A stretch of 64,000 nt of DNA from Podarcis pityusensis (lineage: Eukaryota): assembly GCA_964106645.2 (NCBI GenBank), contig OZ067042.1. One strand, 5' to 3'. The position numbers and the translations under genes were made by a program. The notes under the pieces are model-generated. The model was not told the DNA's origin. It worked only from the letters and a program-made list of their open reading frames with translations, and ran no database searches. Positions 1 through 12,175 of this stretch are shown piece after piece. Positions within the stretch are counted from its first letter, which is position 1, and each line of letters begins with the position of its first letter.

Positions 1-90
1 TAAAAAAATCCTTCCAGTAGCACCTTTAAGACCAACTAAGTTAGTTCTTGGTATGAGCTTTCGTGTGCAAGCACACTTCTTCAGATACAC
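1..90 (-). mobile_element. Penelope-like retroelement terminal fragment
   Basis: ctgaagaagtgtgc..gcacacgaaagctcatacc..ttagttggtct..aaggtgctac pattern of reptile Penelope-like ends, recognised from memory; carries the hammerhead motif. Confidence 0.65.
51..88 (-). ncRNA. Minimal type I hammerhead ribozyme motif
   Basis: Minus strand GTAT-CTGAAGA-A-GTGTGCTTGCACAC-GAAA-GC-TC-ATAC: stem I GTAT/ATAC, core CUGANGA, stem II hairpin, GAAA, palindromic AGCU stem III, UC cleavage site. Confidence 0.75.
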
Positions 91-91
91 A

Positions 92-141
92 TTAAATTAG
101 ACTTGGATTGGACTATCTTTAAATTAGACTTGGATTGGACT
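92..141. repeat. Tandem duplication, two identical 23-nt copies (period 27)
   Basis: ttaaattagacttggattggact at 92-114 and 119-141. Confidence 0.9.
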
Positions 142-633
142 GCTCTCCAATACAGAACACCTTCTGACAGAGCACTGTTCTCTGACACCCCATCAACAGA
201 TGATTGTCCTCTGTTAAGCAGGAGACATGACTACCCTACACTGACACCCCCCCTCCATCCCCCATTGGCATATCAATGAATTCTCCCTGCTGTGAGTTCT
301 CAGTATCCAGTCATCTTGACGCAACTTGAGGAGATTGCCTCACTTTGCCTAATGGTAGCACCAGCCCTATCAGTCTGCTTTCTGTCCTGTGTAGAGAATC
401 ACTGAAGCCATTACATTTAAACTTCATTCTTCTAATCCTAATATACAGTTGTTCTTTCATGCTTCTCCTAAACCCCAAAATAAGTCTCTGCCTTTTCATT
501 TAATTACAGGAGATGCATCCACATGACCAAACGCTTCACAGCTAATGCAAAGTTCACACTCCTGCTGCAGCCATAGTGAACAGTTGGACGAAATGCATTT
601 GTGGGCAGCTTTGTAAATAACCCTACAACTCAC

Positions 634-671
634 TGTTTTCTTGGCAGAATATGTTTTCTTGGCAGAATATG
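634..671. repeat. 18-nt tandem duplication
   Basis: tgttttcttggcagaata x2. Confidence 0.9.
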
Positions 672-1179
672 AATTTGAGGTGTAAATTGCTTCACCCAAG
701 ACCTCTGTTAATCCCTCCTCCCCTCACAGGGTGCTAATTGGTTTGTTGGGGGGGGGGGATATTTCACACTTCATTGCAAATGAAGCAAGGAGAATAAATG
801 TTGGAGGCTGAGTGAAAGGATTAAAGGAAGGAAGGAAGGAGTAATTTGTTACAAAATGGGGCCATAGCTGTCCTTTGCATTGGTATAGTTTGCATTAATT
901 GAAACTGGTTCTGCTGGCATTAAATTCAGTGTAATTAAATTTGAAACTAATTTGCCTGAACTGTTCGTTTGGTGTTTTATGTGACTCATTAACCACGTTA
1001 TTTCCTTGTAAACTATTATTGTTATTCTTCAGTAATATGTTCTTTGGATCGTTCTTTTTTCTTATTTAACTAGTACTTCTGGACTATTAAGCTAAGTATC
1101 CCAGAGCTGCTACACTTTCCACAGCAACTGTGTTTTCTGCAGCTCACAGCAGTATTATACAGGTGTTTGGTGCCATGTG

Positions 1180-1930
1180 TGAAGAGGATGTGTCTCTCCA
1201 GATGCCTGGGAACACTCAGGATGACCATGTGCTAGGACCTTATAATTGGCCACAGGTCTCCGCTACATAGCTTCTGCACATTTGGAGAGGCAATTCTCCC
1301 TTTCACACAAAAAGTCCTGGTGGAATGCTGGCATAGCCACAGAAACTGGATTGTTTCTTAAGTCAGCTCTCTCTTTTGGAGGGCTGCTTTGCAAGCGGAA
1401 ATCTGGAGCCTGCAGCAACCTGGTAGTGGGCGGAGGAACACTGCCCACGTCAGCAGCATCCCCAGCCCCATCATGCTCCCAACCAGCCAATTGGGTTTGC
1501 CTGGGGGCATGGCAGTGTTGGTTTAAATTATGGCGCCGTCAGGGAGACAGCCTCCTTTTGCTTCGGGAGGGGCAGGTTGTTGCCTCCACCAGCCCCCTCC
1601 ACGGTAAGGGTATCCCGTTAAAGGGATCCGGGGGTGTGGTTCCTGTCCGAAGCCCAAGCGTGAGCTAGGGCCATGCCACGACCCCAAAGATGACCCTGGA
1701 GGGGGGGCTCAATTGATGTACATCATAGGGCTCCCCGCTGCTTGTGGTTGACCCTTAAAGAGACTTCCTGCAGTCGGGCAGGAGTCAGGTTATAGGCTTG
1801 CTTCACCCAATTGCCTAAGCCAAGCCTCTCACATCTGTAACCAATAAAAGTTGTGGCTTTTTTTATCCCATTAACCCAAGATACTTGTGTTTGTGTATTT
1901 ATTTTGGAGGGATCCAGGGCCCTCGTTACG
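1180..1930 (+). mobile_element. Possible LTR/DIRS-like terminal repeat remnant (boundaries uncertain)
   Basis: GC-richer block with CCAAT and TATA-like motifs, AATAAA at 1843-1848 followed by a GT-rich tail; no TSD identified. Confidence 0.35.
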
Positions 1931-2247
1931 CTAGGTATGAAACCAAACCAGACCATTGTTCTACTGTACTGCATCATTCTTAAAACAGATATTTGCATAG
2001 GCTTATTTTCTTGCACATATGATACCAGACCAATGTAAAGTTGCCATGGAGCATAGACTGGTTTGGTGCTCCACAAAACAACACTGTCCTCATGGCTGGG
2101 TGTAGCCAGTCAGTCATAAAAACTGGACTAAATGCCTCTACTCAAGAACCAGTTAGTCATCTTTTCCCCCATTGATCAACTACTGATTATGCAACACATT
2201 TTAACGTTGAGCCCGCATTGGTGGATACGTTTATAGAAAATGGGTAG

Positions 2248-2379
2248 CAGTGCTATTTTTCTAGAAAAAGAGGTATTGGAACTCACCACAAACTCCCTTG
2301 CTTTCTTTTAATGGCAGCGGCGCCCACCTGAGAGGTGCTTGAACTGAGTTCTGGCAAGTTCCCACTGAAAAAAAGCCTG
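2248..2379. mobile_element. Non-autonomous hAT-like MITE
   Basis: Ends cagtgctattttt ... aaaaaaagcctg; terminal motif shared with elements at 12025 and 38546. Confidence 0.6.
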
Positions 2380-3848
2380 GAGTCAACAAAACCCTGGTTT
2401 ATTTCAACATAACCAACTGCCTGGAATGAAGCTGTTGAGAGCTGCTGTAATCTACTGGGCAAAACATTAATGCTGGACTAAGGGAGGGCAGGAGTCGTAT
2501 GTGTCAGGAGTTTATTACCAGCTTCTCCATTTGTTAATGGCTATTTATCTCACAGGACCTTCTGAGAACAAATGGGATATAAACATTATTTACACACGCA
2601 CAATATGTAATGAGAAATGTACAGAGTTGACAGACACTGACTACTATGCAATATGGCAGGGGAACTGTGAAAATGTGTGAAAGGCCCTGGTTGTGTAATG
2701 TAACAAGAAGATCACAAAGTAGCTATGATTTTCTGAAAGGGTTGCCACATCCTTGGACACCATGTTGCATTAAGATGTGGGAGTGAGCAGATTTTCATCA
2801 ACAGCTCCTCTTTTTGCGTGAAGTATGCATTTGCTGGCACTTCTGGAGTTATTCATTACTCTCCGACTGTTTTCGCTATTATTCTTTACCTGGTCCAGCT
2901 TGAAAGAACAGTGTAATACACTCTCCAGTGAGCCTAATCTTCTACGGTGTTTGTAATCTACTGTCCACTTTCTTCAGCAAAGTCCCACTGGCTGCAATAG
3001 GATTAGGAAAACAGTATGCAGAATGGTTCATGCATAGGTTATCAGTAGGACAGTTTTAGTCTTTAAATCCCATATAAAGGAGAAATGAAACCCAGTTAAA
3101 CAGTGCCAATAAACAGCAGCCTTCCAATGAAATTAAAATATAGAGAAATTACTTTTTTGCTTTGTTTTGTAAAACTAGCCATAGGACAAGAATTTGAGGT
3201 GTATATTGAGGCACAGGTAATAATAATAGCTCATGTAAGTAGGGAGCCTTCAGTGCTCTCTGTGAATGGGCAATTAGTTCTCCATTTGACTGAATTATTG
3301 TTCACAAAGGCAGCTTAATGGATTGGATCTTACAGCGTAATTGTTAAGTATTTGAAATAATTTGCATGAATGATCAAATCTTTTTCTCCAGGTATTAGAT
3401 GGTTATATAGCTGGGCCACATTTAGTTTAATATACATATTAAATTTTCTGGGAAGATATGCGAAAAGTAGATATTCTTGATCTTTGCTTAGAATACCAAA
3501 TCTTTCTTACACACACACACAAAATAAATAAAACTCTAAAGCTCATAAGAATGAGACGGTCATTCAATGACTATTTCCCACCCTCTCAGAGTGCTACAAA
3601 GGTATTGGAGCTGGGATACTGAAGAGGAAGCAAAGCAATCAGTATTATTAAGATAGAAAAGGTAATATGTAATGTCAATCAAGCAATTTCTGCCAAAGGG
3701 GAAAAGAGGAAACTTCACATGAAGTTTAGGTTCTTGTGAACTGTCTCTTTGTTTAAATAACTCAAAAAATGCTATAACTTATTGATTGATCTTACATGAG
3801 AGACATTAAAGGGAATAGAAATTATGCATCACTAAAGAAGAATTAGTA

Positions 3849-3883
3849 CAACACACACACACACACACGCACACACACACACA
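3849..3883. repeat. (CA)n microsatellite
   Basis: Direct reading. Confidence 0.95.
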
Positions 3884-5917
3884 CGGTAAAAGAAGACACA
3901 GATTTGTATAAAATCTTCACATGCTTATTTATATGGATAGATGCAAATTTAGAAAAATTAAAGAGGAATACACTTCCTATAGTGGGGAAGATTATGACCA
4001 GATGTCTGCCTGTTCCATCTACTGTCACTAAGGTGTTAACACATCCTGAGTTGCCTGAGTGTGTATACAACACTTTGCTGATGGGCAATTTCTAGGCCCC
4101 ACCTTCTCTCATGTTATTGTTCCTTTTCTTTTAAAAAAACACACTTCTTTATTTTAAAACTAGGACTTAACAGACCTCAAATACAGAAGACTCAGAGGTG
4201 TGTCTCCTGACCGTCTTGCAAGTTGTGGGTTGTTTTCTACCAAGTAGGGCACAGGGCCCATTCCAACATGGGTTCCTACTGAATCATGTATACTTCATCC
4301 TGAGTTGGCTTCCCAGATGCCTCTGTTCCTTCTATATAGCACAAATTCCTATTTAAAAAGAAGAGGGGACTCAGGGGAGGTCTTAAGAGCATAATATCCT
4401 TGAACATTATCTTCCTTACAGAGGAAAAATGGGGAAAGTACAGATCTAAAGTTAAGGGTATGTGAACTAAAAGCTGTGAACATTTTATTGTAGAATCAGT
4501 TGAGACTAAATACTTCTTTATGTAGTCCACACAGACTCTTGCTCTACTGCCTACCTTTTGGCCATGAAAAGAACTTCTTGAGAAACTGGTTTCATTCCAA
4601 AAACAAAATCCTGTTGCAGATAAATTCTGCATGATCCCACAGTGTGTCCATTTGAAACAAGACATAGGTGGTTTCAACATTGGAGGAAGCCATGTATCCA
4701 CACCTGACCAATGACATTGTGGGTGAACATATACTAAGATTGCAATCACCACTTCCTTCTTCATTTCCCCGGCGCAGGTGCAGGGAGGGAAAAGGTGTAG
4801 ATAAGCTAATCAAAGGGGAGGGATTTAAAAACATGTATCAAGTAACAACACCCATTCCTATGACTGGCAAGATCTACAACCAATCTAGATTGAAAGCAGA
4901 ATGTTGAGTACGAGCATGAACAATTCTGTATTGGGAATTTTTTTTAAAAAAAAAACCTGCTACGAATGAGCTAGTTGTATAGTCAACCCAAATCTAGCCT
5001 CTCTCAGAAGTATCTGAAATTCAAGCTCACCAAGGGAAAGACAGGAAGAAAAACAATAACGAGAGATGGAACTGCCCTGCTGTTTCTCAGCCTTGTTTTC
5101 ATGCACATATCTTCCTGGCTATATATCAGGCCTCAAGTCTTTAAAAATGCAACAGAGCCATTATAAGCATTGTTATGCTGATACAGTCATTCTGTTGTGC
5201 TCTGAAATGCATAATAATATATCTTTACAGAGAGAAACTTTTCATCGGATAATTGTAGTTAATGTTCATGCACTACCATATGAAGAAAAGAAGGTGAAGA
5301 GGCCAATAATCTGAAATTATTATGCTGCCGGAGGGAGGATTGCAGTATGAATGTTGATTACATTTTAACTCCCATCTGATAGAATATTTGGATTTTTTTT
5401 CTCCCCCAGGCCCGAAAGGTCAGCATTGAAAGCGTTGTACTTACATTTTGTTTACAACAGCCAATTTATATTTCCAGATTGGCAATCTTTGCACAGGCTG
5501 TTTACATGTTGTCTTATATTGCTGTTTTCACTAATTATGTACCAGATTTTCTGGAGTTTGTAAATCAAACCATAAATTTTGAAACTTGACCAAACTGAAA
5601 ATCAATCAGACATCTGAGAGCTAGTGCAGTGAAGTGGTAAGAAGTAAAGTGCGGTTCAAAAACAACCCCAAACAAATACCCCAATTAAAACCTCAGCATG
5701 TAATGCTAGTAAAAGCCAATGTCTTGCCATGTTAGCCCCACATTTTCAATTCTGGGGGACAGCACAGGATTGGTGCAATGGACAATGAAATAATGCATGT
5801 GAATATCTGAACACACTGAATTGTTTCATAAATTAATATAAATTATTATGATTAGAAAAGGTTTCATTTATGGATAAGACAGGAGTGGGGTATAGTGGAG
5901 ACATTTTGAACAAATGA

Positions 5918-6093
5918 ATCAGTCTTATACCATCAGACCACTGACCTGTGTAGCTCAGTATATTGTCTACCCTGACTGGCAGCTGTTCTTCATGACCTCC
6001 ACCAGGGGCTGTTACTAACTCTTCTTGCAGATACCAGGGATTAAATCCAGAACCTGTTGCATGGAAAGCATGTACTTTAGCACTGAGTTATGT
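5918..6093 (-). mobile_element. Degenerate tRNA-derived squamate SINE
   Basis: Minus-strand tRNA-like head (taactcagtgctaaagtacatgctttccatgcaacaggttctggatttaatccctgg) plus the typical tail seen on + as cagacca..gctcagta..ttgtctac..tgactggcagc. Confidence 0.55.
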
Positions 6094-6374
6094 TCAGTAG
6101 TGGGTAGTGGGGTGGAAACATCTAATCCGTCTCCCAGTAGCTGTGTCACTGCTGCTGGGCTTAAGGCAGCGGCAAGTTCAGTGCCATACAAATGTACCCC
6201 ACAAACCAAATTGGCATGTGTGCTGGTGCATTTACACTGAACCACCCATAGTCAATTGATTTTAGGGAAAAACAAAGAAGCTGTGTTGCTACCACTATTA
6301 ATGGCGAGCCCTGCCTCTGAGAAACTCTTGGAAAATTCCTCCTTTTCCTAGACCACAACTCTACAGAAAACAAA

Positions 6375-6756
6375 GGGATGCAAGTGGCGCTGTGGTCTAA
6401 ACCACTGAGCCTCTTGGGCTTGCTGATCAGAAGATTAGCGGTTCAAATCCCCACGATGGGATGAGCTCCCATTACTCTGTCCCAGCTCCTGCCAACCTAG
6501 CAGTTCAAAAGTACACCAGTGCAAACAGAGAAATAGGTACCGCTGCAGTGGGAAGGTAAATGGCGTTTCCATGCACTCTGGTTTCCATCACAGTGTTCCA
6601 TTGCGCCTGAAACAGTTTAGTCATGCTGGCCACATGACTCAGAAAGCTGTCTGTGGACAAACGCCAGTTCCCTCGGCCTGAAAGTGAGATGAGCGCCACA
6701 ACCCCATAGCTGCCTTTGACTGGACTTAACTGTCCAGTGGTCCTTTACCTTTACCT
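6375..6756 (+). mobile_element. Sauria SINE, full length (long subfamily)
   Basis: gtggcgctgtggtctaaaccactgagcc head, cctttacctttacc tail; TSD tctacagaaaa at 6360-6370 and 6757-6767. Confidence 0.93.
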
Positions 6757-7421
6757 TCTACAGAAAAAACACACATAGCCACACATCACAAAATGTCTAG
6801 GTAAAAGTCATGTCTAGTTCGCCCTAAATCTAATGCATTTTTTTTGAATGGATAATCATTCGTTACAATGGATAGTCCCATGAATTGGCAGCTTCTGTGT
6901 CATTGTTCCCCACAAAGCTATAGCCATGACTGTGCTGCCTCTCAGCACCCTTCTTGCCCTCCTGGAAAGCAATCTGAATTGTGCAATTCAGAGTGAACTG
7001 ATACAGTTTTCTAAGAGTAATGTAATATACATCCCTTGGCTTTGACTGATTGTTTGGGTGAACCTGATTTAAAGGTAGAAGAACATCATATCTCTAGCTT
7101 TAGAACTTGGTTTTTAAGAAAAGACTCCCAATCCTCCCTTAACCCAGAAGCAGATGATGTCTCTGCTATACAAAAGCTTAACAGGAAAACATTACTGGGT
7201 CGAAAAGGCTCAGCACATATCTATAGCTGAAATGGTATTATATGAGATCCAGGATGGTTCTCTTTAAAGCACTTTTGACCATAAACCCAGCATCACACTC
7301 CATGATGTATTCCACACATATCACAATGAGAAATTACAAAGTTGAGAATGAGAATCATGTAGGTTCCAGTTACAAAATCTTTCCAAGCAACCACAATATG
7401 AATTCCATTAATCCTTTAAGG

Positions 7422-7426
<5 letters not shown>

Positions 7427-7453
<27 letters not shown>
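7427..7453. repeat. (CA)n microsatellite
   Basis: Direct reading. Confidence 0.95.
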
Positions 7454-7458
<5 letters not shown>

Positions 7459-10400
7459 TTCTTATCACCATGTCACTAGAAAGCTTTACCATGATAAACT
7501 TTTTTATCTGCGAAGTTTTGTTAGAAAACCAGGAGTTCAGCTAAAAAGGGGTTAAAGGAACATTTTAATAGAATTGCAATCTATCTGCAGGAATGTTCAA
7601 ATTTCCTGCTCATTTTCATTCTGAGGAGAAATGGGGAACCTCCTTCTGCCAGCAGGCCAGATGCAACTGGGTGACATCTATCAGTCACCCAGTACTATAT
7701 GACGTCAGTGGCTCTGACCCCTGAGCAAAGTAGTGTGGCTTTCATTCAGTGCCAAACTTAAAAAGAGCACAATGCAAGTTGCACTTGGAGCACTCTTGAC
7801 ATTTCTGTCAAATGGCAGCCATGATATCGATCCACTTGGAAGCTCCACCAAGTTACCAAGTGGATCTGACCCTGGCAGCATGGCTTGCCTTGGGCAACAA
7901 ATTGAAGTTGCACCAAATGCAAGCCATGCTGATTATCAGAGCTCCCAGTATGACCCTGATAACAACCCAAATTTAAATTTAAATGGCAGGAGAGCAATGG
8001 CTTCTAATTGTTCCATTGCTGCCATAGCTTTATCTAACATGTCTTGTGAATTCAGGTGAGTGTCACTAGGTTAAGTTGGCTCATGGGCCAAATTAGGACT
8101 GCTGGCAAGTCCTAATTGTGCTAGAGAACCTCCATTATCAAATAAAGGTTATTTAGAATAGTCCAAAGAAATACACCTCCCACTCATCCAGTTTCCAAGG
8201 CTGGTTATCCTCTGCATGAGACCAATGACTCATGCATGTATTGAACCCAAGCTCCCCCCTGCCTTGGTAGCAGCTGAATGATTCTAAGACATTTCATTGC
8301 CTAGTAAGCTACCACCAAAAACAGAGCAGAACTGGCATAGTCTATGTGGCATCACTGGACTGCAAGGATGCAAGTTTTAAGATTACACTGTTAACTCTCC
8401 TAGGGGTGATGCTAGGACTGATACCCCCAATTGGAACTGTAGAAAATGGATTATGGACCAGCTCCCTTCATTGCAGGCCTTCTCCACCTGGTCTAAGAGG
8501 GTGCCCGATTCCAGCTACGAAAGACTCTTGGGCTAACAGGTTGCATGAGGGGTTTGGGGAGGGTTGTTGGTATTGTTTATGCTGTTTTTTAATCTTTATT
8601 TTAGATCTTGTGATGTACGTGTAAATTGTTTAGTTTGGTAGTGTAAATTGTTTAGTTTAGTTTGGTCTAATGTTTTATTTATAGTTTATGATTACTTTTG
8701 CTATTTATTTTTTCATGTTATAAGCCACCTTGAGCATGATTTGAACTGTGTGTATTCAAATTCTGTTTTTGATAAAGCACTGTCTGCTATTCCCAGAAGC
8801 TTTTGGTTTGGTGAATCTCTGCAATCCCTGATCTATACTTGCCATTGGGTCAGTGGTGATCAGCAGCTGGAAAAGACTAAAAATATATTTCCTATGATAC
8901 AGCTCATTCATCCCACATAGACTACAAGCTGTTTCTATTTTCCATTCTGCCTTTTCCCCTCCAAGCAATGCCTCAGGCCAAACTTTTCAGGTAAGTGACA
9001 TACTGAGAAAGTGCTGTGGGTGTCTGTCAGAAAATTGTTGCCATGGGGGTTCCTCATAAATAAAAATGGTGCCACACTGAAAAGAGCAGAAAGAGGCAAG
9101 CATGCCCACCAGTGAGAAAGGCACACCAGTGTTTAGTCACAGAGAGAAATCCTTCGCATTTTCTCTCTGCTCACAAGCGAAAAGAGATTGAGTTTCCAAT
9201 CCTGGCATCCAGTGAAATGTAAGCATGTTTAAGTAGTTATGTTTGGTGGAGGAGACGCCACATCAGTACAAACATAAAACTCAGCAGGAGGAACTGTCTC
9301 TCATGAATTGTGGATTTTTGAGGGGATATTTACTGAGACATTTTTGTGGATGCATCTGACCAGCACACTGGGGCCCATGGGAAGTATGTTGACAACCCCA
9401 ATCTAATGAATATGTCATGGTCTGGTCCGATGCTAGATATCATGAAGGAAGAAGCAAGGGTGGCTGAAGGTCTCTGGATCACAGATAGCTCCCAGTGAGC
9501 AGCTTGCTTCAACAAGGGTTGAGAGCAAGCTGAGGCCATGTAAGCTCCTGACTTCAGAGTAGTTGCTTCAGGCTTGCTGCTTTGTAGAGAACTTCAGAGC
9601 TTTAAAGGTTCAACCATCTGGCTTGAAGATGAGAACTGCTCCTCTGTCCCATATGTAGTCTCCCTCCTAGTGTGCTCCCTGCACTGCCGGACTGATGATG
9701 TGAAGTGGGAGGCAGCTGGTTCTTCAGGCTCAGTGGAAAGGGCCTGTGAGGGTCTAGGCTCTGGCCCCATAGGCCACAGTGGTCTGAGAGGTTCCTCTGG
9801 GGGCTCCTATGCAACAAGCTCAGGTGCTATGGTCTCTCTATCTTCAGCAGTCAACTCTGAGCCCTAAACCTGACCTGGCTCCCCATCTGGAGATGATAGG
9901 ATGACCAGATCACTGCTAGATTCAGGAATCATGACAAACCACAGCCCCATTTTTGCATTCAACAGCTGAAGGAAGACTTGAATCACATTCTTCCCTGGGT
10001 TATCAGTGGCTCACTTTTCATGTCCCACTGTATGTATTTTATGAGCATATCCGCTCCTTTATACTTTCTACTGAAGTGTTGTTGTTTTTTAAAGGAAACA
10101 ACCCCCCCCCCACAAATCTGCAATTATGTTCCAAAGCAGAAAGATGAAAGATGAGAGGGCTAACATTCCTCTATATACCAGATCCTACCAACACCATTTT
10201 TTGCTACACAGGATCCAAATGTGCTTAGTTCTTTCAAGGTCTTTGCTTGCAGGAAGTAGATTGCATAGATCAATGATGCAATTTTCTTCTATGTTTTATC
10301 ACCTGCCCAGAGCAAATTAAGGTGTCAAAGCTAAACCTAGATTGTATGCTATGTAGTATGGCAGAACATCTGTCTCACTTGCTGAGAACATGAACAGAGG

Positions 10401-11102
10401 TCTATCAGGAGAGTGAATAAATCAGCCACAAGAGAAAGAAAAGTATCTGTATACTTGAGTTTTACTTTCAGCTACACAGCACTGGATTTTATTTCCTCCA
10501 TGTTATCAAAAAGTTCCATTCGGCTGCCAAATTGATGCTCCTCATTTTTTACTTTTATTTCTAAGCCGTGCTTTGACCTGTGGGCATTGTTTCCACTTGC
10601 AGCTCTCTGTCAGACTTGGAAATCATCACCGGCAAGGAAAGGTCAATTGGCAGCAATTATGACAGCGGTTTTTGTTACATGGTCACTCATCCCTCAAAGA
10701 GCAATTGGGCCAAGACGGATTGCCGACATGGTTGTCACAAGGACTAAACTGTTCATGACTGACAGCCACATGAACACAAAGTATTAACTCCCTCAAGCTC
10801 TTACTTCCCTCGTTACTCATTGAATTAGTGCCAATGACCCACAACTGTTGGAGCATGTCTGATATAATGAGATCTCCAACAGGCAGCTTTTGTGGAAATT
10901 AAATTGTGGGCATCAAAATCTCCATCTTCTACACAGGCTCAGCACATACCCTACAATGTTTTCTAACTTGATGTTTTAAGCATTCTGTTTTGGACATAAT
11001 CTGACTCAAATTATATAACAACATCGGGAGAGGACACCATGTTGGCTACCCCTATTTTTCACTGCAATTCCTTCCCATGGGATTCCAGGTACATATTTAC
11101 TA

Positions 11103-11262
11103 CAGTGGACCCTCGGGTTATGTTACCTTCGGGTAACGTAACTTTCAGGTTGTGAATGCGGCAAACCCAGAAGTGTATACTAGCGGCACCTCTAGATATG
11201 GACTTTTCAGGGTACGTACGGACCCCTGGAATGAATTAAGTTCATATCCGGAGGGTCCACTG
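11103..11262. mobile_element. Tc1/mariner (Tigger-like) MITE
   Basis: TIR cagtggaccctc ... gagggtccactg, flanked by TA / TG. Confidence 0.8.
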
Positions 11263-11582
11263 TGTTCCCATTGAACCATTTCAGGTGAAACCTTTGTATC
11301 TAACACATATAAACATGGTGGAAAACACACATATGAGTTCATCACACATGGTGGTGTATATGCATTTTTGCCCACAAGGAAGTTATTTTCACGAGGCAAA
11401 ACTGTCCTCTGTGAAGCATCCTCCTCCTCCTGCTGGGCTATAGCCAGCCGGCAAGTGCTCGCCCCTCCTCGCTCAAGCTGACCCTGTCGTCACCCTTCCT
11501 GTCCTCTCAGCACCTCCGCCACCTTGAGTCCCTCATCCAGGGATTGGGAGGGGAGAGGAGAGGGAGGGGAGCAGTCAAAATA

Positions 11583-11620
11583 GAGTACCCCTAAACATTT
11601 TTTAGGGGAAAAAAGCACTG
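11583..11620 (-). mobile_element. Terminal fragment of the hAT-like MITE family seen at 12025
   Basis: gagtacccctaaac...aaaaaagcactg is the reverse complement of the left end of the 12025 element. Confidence 0.6.
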
Positions 11621-12024
11621 GCAATAACTATTTACATTTTTCTCTCTCTCTTAATACCAAAATGATCTCTTAAAAAAACCTTTCATAACCTATTTAATTC
11701 AGGAAGATTTTTCTAAATAATAAAAAAAGTTTCACTGAAATGCAATTTGCCAGTGGTTACTTGTTCCTTACTTGGTTACTCGTTGGTACCATCCATTATC
11801 AATGTGCAGAGAGTTCCATGCAGAGAAACCTGGACCAAAGATTGTAAATCACCTTGTCTGTGAGGAAAGGAGAGTTCGTGCAGCTTGCAACAACGGCAGT
11901 TCCAATCCCATTATATTTTTCCTACAATGAATCTGATATATAGGATGGTGCCAATGCAGCACATCCAACGAACGCTAAAAATCCTTAAGACTGCAATCCT
12001 TTAACAGTTACCTTGAAGTAAGCC

Positions 12025-12175
12025 CAGTGCTTTAAAAAAAAAAAAAAAAAAAAGTTTAGGGGTACTCTCATTTTCCTGCTCATATTAAAATACTGCCCCC
12101 CAATGAGGCCAAACTTAGATTCACAAAATGTTTAGGGGTATGCATCCCCCTGCGTCCCCCAGAAAAAAAGCACTG
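12025..12175. mobile_element. hAT-like MITE with 8-bp TSD
   Basis: TIR cagtgcttt ... aaagcactg; TSD agtaagcc at 12017-12024 and 12176-12183; internal poly-A run. Confidence 0.88.

Noticed and set aside
4276-4907. 162-aa ORF and neighbouring ORFs
   Set aside because: No recognisable homology, no supporting splice structure and random-like composition
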